64,000 nucleotides of DNA from Methylothermaceae bacterium (GTDB taxonomy: Bacteria > Pseudomonadota > Gammaproteobacteria > Methylococcales > Methylothermaceae), in assembly GCA_026984375.1 (NCBI GenBank), contig JALSSF010000064.1, forward strand, positions 88 through 64,087. The letters run 5' to 3'. The position numbers were made by a program, and so were the translations under genes. The notes beneath the pieces were generated by a model. That model did no database searches. It was not told where the DNA came from and saw only the letters and a list, made by a program, of their open reading frames with translations. Shown in pieces: positions 1-8,438 of this stretch. Position 1 is the first letter of the stretch. Every line of letters starts with the position of its first letter.

Positions 1-1
1 C

Positions 2-82
2 CGGGCCGCCATCATCGACGTCCACCAGACCATCGAGGAGCAACTGGGCGACCAGACCCTCATCATCATGAGAACTCCGTAA
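2..82 (+). CDS. 3' end of a partial ORF (outer prophage/ICE gene), unknown product
   Basis: Frame-2 reading RAAIIDVHQTIEEQLGDQTLIIMRTP* ends at TAA 80-82, followed by a hairpin. Confidence 0.4.
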   Translation, partial: RAAIIDVHQTIEEQLGDQTLIIMRTP

Positions 83-90
83 ACCGACCT

Positions 91-110
91 GCCCCGCCTG
101 CGGGCGGGGC
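91..110. terminator. GC-rich hairpin (terminator-like, no U tract)
   Basis: GCCCCGCC-tgcg-GGCGGGGC, perfect 8-bp stem just after the stop at 82. Confidence 0.4.
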
Positions 111-166
111 GCTATCGAACGATCGTAAGACCTGGAAGGACAAGGATAACGACATTCCATTCTGAC

Positions 167-610
167 ATGACCGAGTTGCACCCCATCGCCGTCACCTACG
201 CCACCGCCGCCGAAATGCTGGAGGTCTCCAAGCTCACCATGGAGCGCCTGGTCCGGAGCGGTGAAATTCCAGTGGTTCGCATCGGCCGCCTGGTCCGGAT
301 TCCGGTGGCTGCCATCGAGGAATGGGTGGCGAACAACGCCGTGATCGTCAACAATAACCGCGTGCACGCGGGGCATTGCCGACAAGAGGAGGATACGCAA
401 TGCCACGAAAAGACCGCGATGGACTCTACCGGAGAGGCGATTCGCCATACTGGTGGGCCAGCTACACCGACGTCAGCGGCCGCAGAATTAGGCGCTCGAC
501 TGGCCAAAGGGACAAGAGGGAAGCGGCCAAGGTCCTGGCCAAATGGAAGCTCGAAGCCGAAACCGCCTGGAAACGGGAACAGCAACAGGACTGGACGTTC
601 GACGAACTGA
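167..610 (+). CDS. Excisionase-type helix-turn-helix DNA-binding protein (outer element); C-terminal part overlaps int
   Basis: N-terminal TYATAAEMLEVSKLTMERLVRSGEIPVVRIGRLVRIP is a MerR/Xis-like winged HTH; lies directly upstream of the integrase. Confidence 0.8.
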   Translation: MTELHPIAVTYATAAEMLEVSKLTMERLVRSGEIPVVRIGRLVRIPVAAIEEWVANNAVIVNNNRVHAGHCRQEEDTQCHEKTAMDSTGEAIRHTGGPATPTSAAAELGARLAKGTRGKRPRSWPNGSSKPKPPGNGNSNRTGRSTN

Positions 611-1473
611 TGCTCGCCTATCTGGACGCCACCCAGGACAGCAAACGCTCTCACGGACGGGATCTGACCAGCTGCCGACACCTGTACCCGGCGTTTTCCG
701 GGCGCAAGCTGCGCGACATCCTGACCCACGACGTGCGGGCTTACATCACACAGCGGCGTAAGGAAGGGGCGGCGGCCAGCACCATCAACAAAGAGGTGGG
801 CCTGCTGTCGTCGGCCATCAACTACGCCCGCCGGGAATGGGGCTGGGACATCCACAACCCGGCGCAGGGATGCCGGCAACGGGAGCCGGAAGGCAGGCTC
901 AGATGGCTGACGAAGGCCGAGGCGGCGGCGCTTGTCGAGGCGGCTAGGCAGTCGGAGAAAGCCCCGCATCTGGCCGATTTCATCATCCTGGCGCTGAACA
1001 CCGGGATGCGTTCAGGGGAAATCCTGGGGCTGGAATGGCGCCGGGTTGACCTGAGCAATGGACTGATCTGGCTGGAAGCCGAGCATACCAAAACGGCCCG
1101 GCGGCGGACGATCCCCATCAACGCCGGCGCCAAGACCGCCCTACTCTCCCGCCTGAACTGGCGGGCCCGCCATTGCCAGGACAGCCCGTGGGTGTTCTGC
1201 GACCAGACCGGCCGGCGCATCGCCAGTGTCAAGAAATCGTTCGAGACCGCCTGCAAACGCGCCGGCATCGAGGATTTCAGGATCCACGACCTGCGGCACA
1301 CCTGCGCCGCCTGGCTGGTGACTGCCGGCGTACCGCTGGCCGAGGTGCGGGATCTGCTCGGGCATCGCTCGATCCAGATGACCGAGCGCTATGCCCATCT
1401 GGCCCCCGAAAATGTCCGGTCAGCGGTGCAGCGCCTGGATGGCGATTTTGGTGTGGAGGGACAGATGGTTTGA
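400..1473 (+). CDS. Tyrosine recombinase/integrase of the outer element; C-terminus altered by the Mu-like insertion
   Basis: GAGGAGG RBS before ATG 400; catalytic motifs TGMRSGE, IHDLRHT, LLGH and ERYAH; last 6 residues (VEGQMV*) are read from the prophage left end. Confidence 0.95.
   Translation: MPRKDRDGLYRRGDSPYWWASYTDVSGRRIRRSTGQRDKREAAKVLAKWKLEAETAWKREQQQDWTFDELMLAYLDATQDSKRSHGRDLTSCRHLYPAFSGRKLRDILTHDVRAYITQRRKEGAAASTINKEVGLLSSAINYARREWGWDIHNPAQGCRQREPEGRLRWLTKAEAAALVEAARQSEKAPHLADFIILALNTGMRSGEILGLEWRRVDLSNGLIWLEAEHTKTARRRTIPINAGAKTALLSRLNWRARHCQDSPWVFCDQTGRRIASVKKSFETACKRAGIEDFRIHDLRHTCAAWLVTAGVPLAEVRDLLGHRSIQMTERYAHLAPENVRSAVQRLDGDFGVEGQMV
1447..1451 (+). repeat. Left copy of 5-bp target site duplication TTTGG
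   Basis: Immediately precedes TGT at 1452; identical to 39516-39520. Confidence 0.9.
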
Positions 1474-1635
1474 GATTATGGGAATTTATGGGCGTAGGCG
1501 GATTTTTTTGGGAATGTATTGATTTGGTTGGATTTTTGACAATGGTTATGTATGGCGCGCAATTTTCGATGGACAGATGGATTTGGGCGAAAATTGCGCG
1601 TTGGACACATGGTTTGCGACGCCGAATGGTTGCCA
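1452..1635 (+). promoter_or_regulatory. Prophage left end (attL) with repeated transposase-binding sites
   Basis: GGACAGATGGTTTGAGA (1459-1475), GGACAGATGGATTTGGG (1571-1587), GGACACATGGTTTGCGACG (1603-1621); 1606-1621 is the exact reverse complement of 39468-39483. Confidence 0.85.
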
Positions 1636-1639
1636 CTTC

Positions 1640-1667
1640 GCGCTGCGAATCTGACGATTCGCGGCGC
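1640..1667. terminator. 12-bp hairpin downstream of the repressor gene
   Basis: GCGCTGCGAATC-tgac-GATTCGCGGCGC; no U tract, so terminator function is uncertain. Confidence 0.45.
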
Positions 1668-1696
1668 TCAGCGGCTTCGATAAGGCATACCCTATA

Positions 1697-2425
1697 TCAA
1701 ACCCTCCTCCCAAACCACACCACCTTACCAACGACCTGCAAATCCTTGATCCGCTCGCCTGGGACGTGGATTTCCTTGTAGGCGGGGTTGTCGCTGCGGA
1801 TGAACACGCCGCCTTGGAAGTCGTTTTGAAGACGCTTTACGATCAGTTCGCCGTCCATCCTTATTATATAGATGCCGTCGGCCAGTCTTGATGGCTGGAG
1901 GCGGCGGCCGTCGGGCGTGATCCAGGTATCGACCAGGAGCACATCGCCTTCCCAAATGGTGGGCATCATCGAGTCGCCGCGGGCGGTGACGACGGTGAGA
2001 TGGCGCCCCAGCAGTCCTTCCTCGGCCAGCCAGTCCTTGCGGAACGCCAGCTTGCCGATGATGCGTTCCTCATCCACAACGGCGCCATAGCCGGCGCTGA
2101 CCTCCACATCGAACAGCGGCACCAGGGCGAATTCGTCTTCGTTGAATTCGGGCCCAGCCTGCTCGCCTGGGCGCATGGGGCCTTCGCCGGTGGCGAGCCA
2201 ATCAATCGAGACGCCTGCCACTTTTGCGATCATCGCAATCGTTTCTATTTTCGCCTGGCTTTCACCAGAAATTATCCGATAGAGCTGTGCCTCAGAAATG
2301 CCAATCCTTGTGGCAAGCTCCCTTTTCCCGCCAACTCGATCTGCTATCTCGTTTATGCGAGTTCCGATTCCTGAAGTCAGAATCGGAACTTGGTTCCGTT
2401 TTTCATCTTTCAGTTCTGATTCCAT
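1697..2425 (-). CDS. Prophage repressor (XRE HTH + S24 peptidase, CI/LexA-like)
   Basis: N-terminal HTH (ELATRIGISEAQLYRII...SIDWLATGEG); S24 motifs GDSMMP and IVKRLQ; divergent from ner. Confidence 0.92.
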   Translation of the reverse strand: MESELKDEKRNQVPILTSGIGTRINEIADRVGGKRELATRIGISEAQLYRIISGESQAKIETIAMIAKVAGVSIDWLATGEGPMRPGEQAGPEFNEDEFALVPLFDVEVSAGYGAVVDEERIIGKLAFRKDWLAEEGLLGRHLTVVTARGDSMMPTIWEGDVLLVDTWITPDGRRLQPSRLADGIYIIRMDGELIVKRLQNDFQGGVFIRSDNPAYKEIHVPGERIKDLQVVGKVVWFGRRV

Positions 2426-2493
2426 TCTTTGCCTTATAAATCAATTATTTGCATACATGGTCCATATCTATCTGATATGAAAGAATCGGAACT
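2360..2493. promoter_or_regulatory. Candidate repressor operators, 11-bp motif GAATCGGAACT
   Basis: AGTTCCGATTC 2360-2370, GAATCGGAACT 2380-2390 (perfect inverted pair), AGTTCTGATTC 2412-2422, GAATCGGAACT 2483-2493. Confidence 0.7.
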
Positions 2494-2504
2494 AGCATTT
2501 ATGC

Positions 2505-2540
2505 TTGACTTGTCTCTCATATATGAGTATGTTTATCACC
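2505..2540 (+). promoter_or_regulatory. Early sigma70-type promoter for ner, probably leaderless
   Basis: TTGACT-17 nt-TATGTT-7 nt-ATG(2541); palindrome CTCATATATGAG (2516-2527) in the spacer; no SD. Confidence 0.7.
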
Positions 2541-2840
2541 ATGACGAAGATAAACATCACGGACATCCCCACCGATCCGGTCGTTCGCCGGGAGTGGATC
2601 AAATACCAGCTCCGGCTGCGGGGCTGGACTCTGTCCAAGCTCGGCCGGGCCTACGGCGCGAGTCGGCACTGCGCCATCCTGGCGCTGCGCAAGCCCTATC
2701 CGAAATGGGAGCGCATCATCGCCGCCCAACTGGACCTGCCGCCGGAGGCGCTATGGCCGGAACGTTACGGGAAGTCCGCCAAGTTCAACGGTAACAAGGA
2801 AACCGTTGCAGGGCAACGGAAAAAGACAGAGGCCGCCTAG
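2541..2840 (+). CDS. ner: Ner/Nlp-family transcriptional regulator
   Basis: WIKYQLRLRGWTLSKLGRAYG...PYPKWERIIAAQLDLPPEALWPERY, the typical Ner signature, in the Mu position. Confidence 0.88.
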   Translation: MTKINITDIPTDPVVRREWIKYQLRLRGWTLSKLGRAYGASRHCAILALRKPYPKWERIIAAQLDLPPEALWPERYGKSAKFNGNKETVAGQRKKTEAA

Positions 2841-2842
2841 AC

Positions 2843-3280
2843 ATGACCCGCCGCCGTGACGACGCCACCTTGGACCTGTTCCAGATCCCGGCCGCTCCGG
2901 CGCCGGCGCCGGCCAGCATGGACTACAACCGCGAGGTGGCCCACCTAGTGGCCAAGGTATTGAAGGAAGCCGGCTGCGACCGCTACGAGATCGCCGCCCG
3001 GATGAGCCGACTGACGGGCAAGGAGGTTTCCAAGTTCATGATCGACGCCTGGGCGGCGGAAAGCCGGGACCATCACAACATTCCCTTCTATCTGGTTCCG
3101 GTGCTGGAGGCGGCCTGCGAGACCCATGCCCTGTCGGCCTGGCTGGCGGAGAAACGGGGCGGGCGGCTGATGGTGGGCAAGGAAGTGCTGGCGGCCGAAC
3201 TGGGCAAGCTGGAACGGATCAAGGACGAGGCGGCGCAGAAGATTAGAGAGTTGAAGAAGCTGATGGGGGAATTGGAATGA
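2843..3280 (+). CDS. Mu-like phage early protein (putative regulatory protein)
   Basis: Starts 2 nt after ner; phage-like codon usage; recurrent early-region ORF type (TLDLF...FMIDAWAAESR). Confidence 0.7.
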   Translation: MTRRRDDATLDLFQIPAAPAPAPASMDYNREVAHLVAKVLKEAGCDRYEIAARMSRLTGKEVSKFMIDAWAAESRDHHNIPFYLVPVLEAACETHALSAWLAEKRGGRLMVGKEVLAAELGKLERIKDEAAQKIRELKKLMGELE

Positions 3281-3576
3281 CGCACGAAAACGACTTTGGA
3301 CGGTTGCAAATCGTCCGCTACCCGGAAATCGGCCTGGCGGAGTTGGTCGTCGAACTGCCAGAGCGCGAGGAAGAATCCTTTTGGCTGACGATCGCCAACG
3401 AACGGCTCAACCGGCCGGCATTTCAGATCCGCTTCAAACGAATTGGCCCAGGAGTGTACCGAGCTGCTGAAGTGCGCCCGGGGCTTGGGCCAATCCTGAG
3501 TCAAGCATTTTTAGAACGACTTGCTGCAGGGCTTCGGCCGGCAGAGAGCGCAGCTTCTGACGAAGAGTGCTTTTGA
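3277..3576 (+). CDS. Hypothetical protein
   Basis: ATGA overlap with the previous gene; its 3' end overlaps the antisense gene 3434-3928, so it may be spurious or shorter. Confidence 0.45.
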   Translation: MTHENDFGRLQIVRYPEIGLAELVVELPEREEESFWLTIANERLNRPAFQIRFKRIGPGVYRAAEVRPGLGPILSQAFLERLAAGLRPAESAASDEECF

Positions 3577-3928
3577 CCGACTGGTCCAGGTTGGAGGCAT
3601 CCAAATGACGCTCGAAGACATCACGCAGAGAGTCGGCCTCGAAGCGAACGGTGACGGTGCGCAGGATGGCGTCCAGGCCGCCGTCGTCCTCGAGGAAATC
3701 CAGGCCCCTGGCGGTGATTCGTGCATCGAGCGCCTCGACCGGCATCATCAGATTTTCCCGAATGCTGGATTCGATCAGGCCGTGCTCCTGGAGGTAATAC
3801 AAGTTGGCGGTGAATTGCTCTGGGTCGAGCGCCCGGATCGCCTCCATTTCACGGATCTCCAGCCGCTCCGGATATGCCTCGCGCAAGCGTTCCAACGTCT
3901 GTCTTTGCAGTCTGCGATTCAGTTTCAT
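3434..3928 (-). CDS. Antisense accessory protein of unknown function (possible winged-helix N-terminus)
   Basis: AGGAGG RBS before ATG 3928; protein-like 164-aa sequence (LYYLQEHGLI...ITARGLDFLEDDGGLDAIL). Confidence 0.75.
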   Translation of the reverse strand: MKLNRRLQRQTLERLREAYPERLEIREMEAIRALDPEQFTANLYYLQEHGLIESSIRENLMMPVEALDARITARGLDFLEDDGGLDAILRTVTVRFEADSLRDVFERHLDASNLDQSVKSTLRQKLRSLPAEALQQVVLKMLDSGLAQAPGALQQLGTLLGQFV

Positions 3929-4014
3929 GGGAACCCTCCTGTCGGTTCTGGTTGTGTGTGGCAGCCCCAGGATAGCCGAGGGACGGGTTCCCGCCAATTA
4001 CCGGAGGGCCGGGC

Positions 4015-6102
4015 ATGAAGGAATGGTTCACGGCCCGCGAACTGGCCGGGTTGCCGGGGATGCCTGGGACGGAGCGTGGCGTGTTGAAGGCCGCCAAACG
4101 TGAAAACTGGCGCTCCCGCAAGCGCCCCAAAGGCAAAGGGCGTGAATACCACATTCAAAGCCTCCCCGAAACCACCCGCACCCATCTGGCCCTGCAATGC
4201 CTGCCCCAGCCGGTGGCGGTGGAGGAAACCAGGGAGGCCGCCCTCGAGGCCCGCCGCCGGCGCAAGGAACAAGGTCTGGCCCAGTTCAACGCGCTGCCTT
4301 CCGGCCACCCCAAGCGCCTGCGGGCCAAGGCGCGGCAGTGGGTCCTGCAAGCCTGCGACGCTTTCCAGCAGCAGGCCGGGATGCCGGGGCGGCGCGGGGT
4401 GGAGTTGTTCTGCCAGGCGCTGATTTCCGGCGAGGTCACCATTCCAGAGCCCCACCGGCTATGGCTGCCCCAGCGCCACGGCGTCTCCAGCCTGGACGCG
4501 GCCACGATCTACCGCTGGCGCAAGCGGTTCGACGAGCAGGGCCTGTGGGGATTGACCGACGGCTACGGCAACCGCAAGGGGCAATCCATCATCGAACGCC
4601 ACGAGCCTCTCAAGCGGCTGGTGATCGGGGCGATGCTCGACCAGCCTCACATCACCCCGGCCAAGCTCAAACAGTACATCGCCATCCGCCACCCCGAGCT
4701 GGATCTGGCCAGCGTCAAGTCCATCGAGCGCTACATGAAGCGCTGGCAGCAGGAAAACGCCCAAATATGGGAGTTCCTGACCCACCCGGATCGGTGGAAG
4801 AACGTGCGTATGGCGGCCTTCGGCAGCCACCACGAACACATCGAACGCCTGAATCAGCTTTGGGAGATGGACTCCACCCCCGCCGACTGGATGCTCAAAG
4901 ACGGCCGCCACGTGGTGGTCGGCGTCATCGACCTGTATTCCCGCCGGCTCAAGTTCCGGGTTTCCAAGACCTCCAAGGCCGAGGCGGTGTGCCTGGCCTT
5001 CCGGGATGCGGTGCTGGCCTGGGGCGTGCCGGAGGCGGTGCGCACCGACAACGGGATGGAATACGTTTCCGAACGCTTCGCGGGGCTCCTGCGCGACCTG
5101 GACATCGAGCAGATCCTCTGCCTGCCCTTCGCCTCGGAGCAGAAGGGCACCATCGAGCGCCACATGCGCACGATGAGCCACGGCATCCTGGATCTTCTGC
5201 CCGGCTTCATCGGCCACAACGTGTCCGATCGAAAGCGCATCGAAGCCAGGAAATCATTTGCCGAACGCGTCATGAATCCGGACGAAGTCATCGAGGCCGA
5301 GCTGGAAGCCAAGGATCTGCAGAAGATTCTCGACGACTGGTGCGAATACGTCTACGGCCGCAGCCCCCACCAGGGCCTCGACGGCCGCAGCCCCTGGGAC
5401 GTGGCCGCCAGCTACACCGGCCCCATCCGCCGCATCGAAGACGAACGGGCCCTCGATTGCCTGCTGATGGAACCGGCCGGCACCCGAACCATCGGGAAAA
5501 AGGGCATCCGCTACGAGCACTACGACTACATCGCCCCGGAGCTGGCCCCGCGCATCGGCGAGACCGTCTCCTTGCGCCTGGACCCGGACGACGCCGGCAC
5601 CCTGTACGTCTACAGCCTGGACGGCGAGTTCCTTTGCAAGGCGAAGGCCCCGGAGCTGACCGGCATCTCCCGCGCCGAGATCGCCGCCGCCGCCCACGCC
5701 GAGCAGAAGGCGTTCACGAAGCGGCAGAGCCGGGAATACAGCGCCTTCAAGCGCGAGATCAAGGAAAACCTGGCCGAGGTGGTCCTCCGCCACGCCATCG
5801 AACAGGGAGAGAACGTCACCGTGCTGCCGAAACCGGCCGAAACGCACACCACCCCGGCGCTGGAACAGGCCGGCCAGGCCGCCCGCGCGGAAACCACCGC
5901 CCCGGCCCGGGTGGTTTCCATGAGCGACGATCCCGGCGAACGGTACGAATACTGGGTGCGCATCGGCCGGCGCATCGAACGGGGCGAACGGGTGAGCGAG
6001 CAGGAACGGCGGGGCTGGGAGGCGTACCGGAACAGCCCTGACTACAAGGCGATGAAACGGCTTTACGAGGATTTCGGCCCCGGCGTGGCCGAGGCCGAAT
6101 AG
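4015..6102 (+). CDS. Mu-type DDE transposase A
   Basis: N-terminal Mu DNA-binding domain (WFTARELAGLPGMPGT); DDE core WEMDSTP / RTDNG / KGTIER; Mu-transposase C-terminal region. Confidence 0.95.
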   Translation: MKEWFTARELAGLPGMPGTERGVLKAAKRENWRSRKRPKGKGREYHIQSLPETTRTHLALQCLPQPVAVEETREAALEARRRRKEQGLAQFNALPSGHPKRLRAKARQWVLQACDAFQQQAGMPGRRGVELFCQALISGEVTIPEPHRLWLPQRHGVSSLDAATIYRWRKRFDEQGLWGLTDGYGNRKGQSIIERHEPLKRLVIGAMLDQPHITPAKLKQYIAIRHPELDLASVKSIERYMKRWQQENAQIWEFLTHPDRWKNVRMAAFGSHHEHIERLNQLWEMDSTPADWMLKDGRHVVVGVIDLYSRRLKFRVSKTSKAEAVCLAFRDAVLAWGVPEAVRTDNGMEYVSERFAGLLRDLDIEQILCLPFASEQKGTIERHMRTMSHGILDLLPGFIGHNVSDRKRIEARKSFAERVMNPDEVIEAELEAKDLQKILDDWCEYVYGRSPHQGLDGRSPWDVAASYTGPIRRIEDERALDCLLMEPAGTRTIGKKGIRYEHYDYIAPELAPRIGETVSLRLDPDDAGTLYVYSLDGEFLCKAKAPELTGISRAEIAAAAHAEQKAFTKRQSREYSAFKREIKENLAEVVLRHAIEQGENVTVLPKPAETHTTPALEQAGQAARAETTAPARVVSMSDDPGERYEYWVRIGRRIERGERVSEQERRGWEAYRNSPDYKAMKRLYEDFGPGVAEAE

Positions 6103-6139
6103 ACGGGAATCAAACCACAAAGACGAAGGAGACGACATT

Positions 6140-6895
6140 ATGAACGAGAATGCAAACGTCATCAATTTCGATTCGATGCCGCAATCGGGCACCGCCATGC
6201 TGCGCAACGTGCGCCTGTGCGCGGTGCTGCTGGAACGGGCCATCGAGCGCCCCGCCCACCTGCCCGGCATGGTCTGTTTCTATGGCCCGTCGGGCTGGGG
6301 CAAATCGTTCTCGGCCGCCTACTGCGCCAACAAGCACCGTGCCTACTACGTCGAGTGCAAAAGCTCCTGGACCAAGAAGGCCCTTCTGGGGGCGATCCTC
6401 AACGAGATGGGTCTGCCCCAGACCGGCACGTTGTACGAGATGACCGACCAGATCGCCGAGCAGCTGGTGCTGTCCCAGCGCCCGCTCATCATCGACGAGA
6501 TGGACCACATCGTCGAGAAGAAGGCGGTCGAGATCATCCGCGACATCTACGAAGGCAGTAACGCCCCGATCCTGATGATCGGCGAGGAAATGCTGCCGGC
6601 GAAACTCCGCCGCTGGGAGCGCTTCCACAACCGCATGCTCGCCTGGCAACCGGCCCAGCCCGCAGACCTCAACGATGCCCGCCAGTTGGCCCGGATCTAC
6701 TGCCACAAGGTCCAGGTGGCCGACGACCTGCTGGAACTGTTCGTCCAGGCCACCCGCGGCTGCACCCGTCGGGTGTGCGTCAACCTCTACCAGGCCGAAA
6801 CCCTGGGGATTTCCCTGGGGCTCGACAAGGTGGACCTGAAGACCTGGGGCGATCGGCCCATCTACACCGGCGACGCGCCGAAAAGGAGGGTCTGA
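6140..6895 (+). CDS. Transposition ATPase B (AAA+)
   Basis: Walker A GPSGWGKS and Walker B LIIDEMD; directly follows transposase A. Confidence 0.93.
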   Translation: MNENANVINFDSMPQSGTAMLRNVRLCAVLLERAIERPAHLPGMVCFYGPSGWGKSFSAAYCANKHRAYYVECKSSWTKKALLGAILNEMGLPQTGTLYEMTDQIAEQLVLSQRPLIIDEMDHIVEKKAVEIIRDIYEGSNAPILMIGEEMLPAKLRRWERFHNRMLAWQPAQPADLNDARQLARIYCHKVQVADDLLELFVQATRGCTRRVCVNLYQAETLGISLGLDKVDLKTWGDRPIYTGDAPKRRV

Positions 6896-7500
6896 TGGCT
6901 GGACGGCCCATCGACCAAAACCCCGGCGGCATCACCCCCAGGGAGCGCATCTGGGCGGCGATCCGCGATCTCAAGACGTTCACCGCCGGCGATCTGTGGG
7001 GCGAGATGCCGATCGGAGCCAGCATCTCCAAGGATCTGATCCGCGACTACCTCAAAGGGTTGGAGAACGCCGGCTACCTGCAGCGCTGCGGCCGCGACGG
7101 CCGTCAGGTCCGCTACCGGCTGGCCAAGGACGTGGGCGTCGAAGCGCCCCGGGTGCGCAAGGACGGCACCCCGGTGACCCAAGGCCGGGGGCGGGAGGCG
7201 TTGTGGCGCACCATCAAGATTCTGAGCGAGTTCGACGCCCGGGAGCTGGCCGCGGCCGCCAGCACCGAACAGACCCCCGTCTCCCTGGCCGAGGCCAAGG
7301 AATACTGCGCCTATCTCCACAAGGCGGGTTACCTGATCCTCGCGCGCGCCGGCGGCCCCGGCCTGCCCGCCCGCTACCGCTTCAACCCCAGGAGGAACAC
7401 AGGCCCCAAGCCCCCGGCGATCCAGCGGGTCAAGCGGCTCTACGACCCCAACCTGGGCAAAGTCGTCTGGCAGAAGGAGGACAATCATGGACTGGATTGA
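6895..7500 (+). CDS. Mu-like phage early protein, probably DNA-binding (two winged-helix-like repeats)
   Basis: TGATG coupling to the ATPase gene; repeated IWAAIR..K.F / LWRTIKIL.EF...YL..L..AGYL pattern. Confidence 0.7.
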   Translation: MAGRPIDQNPGGITPRERIWAAIRDLKTFTAGDLWGEMPIGASISKDLIRDYLKGLENAGYLQRCGRDGRQVRYRLAKDVGVEAPRVRKDGTPVTQGRGREALWRTIKILSEFDARELAAAASTEQTPVSLAEAKEYCAYLHKAGYLILARAGGPGLPARYRFNPRRNTGPKPPAIQRVKRLYDPNLGKVVWQKEDNHGLD

Positions 7501-7810
7501 GGTGCTGCGCGCCGAATGCCAACGCACCAGCCAGCGCCGCGTCGCCGAGCTCATCGGCTACTCCCCGGCGGTGGTGTCCCAGGTGCTCAAAGGCACCTAC
7601 AAGGGCGATTTGGGCGCCGTTGAAACCGCGGTGAAAGGGGCGTTCATGGGCCGCACGGTGCCGTGTCCGGTGCTCGGTGAGCTGCCGGCCAACCGCTGCC
7701 TGGCCTACCAGCGCCAGCCCTTCGCCGCCACCAACCCCCAACGGGTCAAGCTGTACCGCGCCTGTCGCGCGGGCTGTCCACACTCACAACTGAAAGGAGG
7801 TGAATCATGA
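7487..7810 (+). CDS. Small HTH protein with Cys-rich C-terminus
   Basis: GGAGG RBS; SQRRVAELIGYSPAVVSQVLKG HTH; CPVLG...C...C..C..H. Confidence 0.75.
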   Translation: MDWIEVLRAECQRTSQRRVAELIGYSPAVVSQVLKGTYKGDLGAVETAVKGAFMGRTVPCPVLGELPANRCLAYQRQPFAATNPQRVKLYRACRAGCPHSQLKGGES

Positions 7811-8064
7811 GCATCGACCACGAAACCCTCTGGTTGGCCCAGGAACGCTTCCGGGACAAGCAACGCAATCTGGACGTCCAGCGGCTCATGGTCCTGCTGA
7901 TCCGGCTGGACGAAGACGATCTCGAGGCCCTGGTGAGCTGCTACCGCCGGGGCGACGAGAAAGGGATGGGCGGCCTCCTGCGGGACCATATCGATCTCGC
8001 CCTGTGGGAAGCCGCTCTTTCAGAAACCCGCGCCCGGGTGGCCGCCGAGGCGCGGAGTGCCTAA
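7807..8064 (+). CDS. Hypothetical phage protein
   Basis: AGGAGGTG RBS; ATGA overlap. Confidence 0.65.
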   Translation: MSIDHETLWLAQERFRDKQRNLDVQRLMVLLIRLDEDDLEALVSCYRRGDEKGMGGLLRDHIDLALWEAALSETRARVAAEARSA

Positions 8065-8085
8065 GAAGCAAGAGGAGTATAGCCC

Positions 8086-8331
8086 ATGTGCAAGCAGAAC
8101 TTCCATAAAGCCAACCACTGCATCCGCAGACTGTACAAGAAGGGGTTCGACGTGCTCAGCGTGCGGCTCGACGGCCGCCGCCCCCGCATCGAGATCGCCC
8201 ACCAGCGCAAGTGCGCCCGGCTCGGCGGCGTCTGGTTCCAGCGCCGCGCCGATGGGGCCGGCGTGATCTACCGCTACGCCTGCCTGCTGCACGGCTGCCA
8301 GATCGAATGGGAAGAGAGGAGGTTCGTATGA
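8086..8331 (+). CDS. Hypothetical phage protein
   Basis: GAGGAG RBS; coupled to the next ORF. Confidence 0.6.
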   Translation: MCKQNFHKANHCIRRLYKKGFDVLSVRLDGRRPRIEIAHQRKCARLGGVWFQRRADGAGVIYRYACLLHGCQIEWEERRFV

Positions 8332-8438
8332 GCGCCATCGTCGCCTTCGCCCTCGGTATCCAGCTCGGCGTCGTCCTGGGTATCGGCATCATGTGTCTGT
8401 TGATCGTCAACCGGGAGAAAACCTATGAGCGTGACTGA
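8328..8438 (+). CDS. Small hydrophobic protein (36 aa, single TM)
   Basis: AGGAGG RBS; MSAIVAFALGIQLGVVLGIGIMCLLIVNREKTYERD. Confidence 0.55.
   Translation: MSAIVAFALGIQLGVVLGIGIMCLLIVNREKTYERD

Noticed and set aside
1515-1524. TGTATTGATT, which matches my recollection of the first 10 nt of phage Mu's left end, as the prophage terminus
   Set aside because: The preceding 5 nt (GGGAA) do not match the right flank TTTGG, and no end-site consensus follows at the right offset; 1452 satisfies both tests.
8057-8266. Alternative-frame ORF overlapping 8086-8331
   Set aside because: Ser/Ala/Thr-rich shadow translation; 8086-8331 has the RBS and couples to the next gene.
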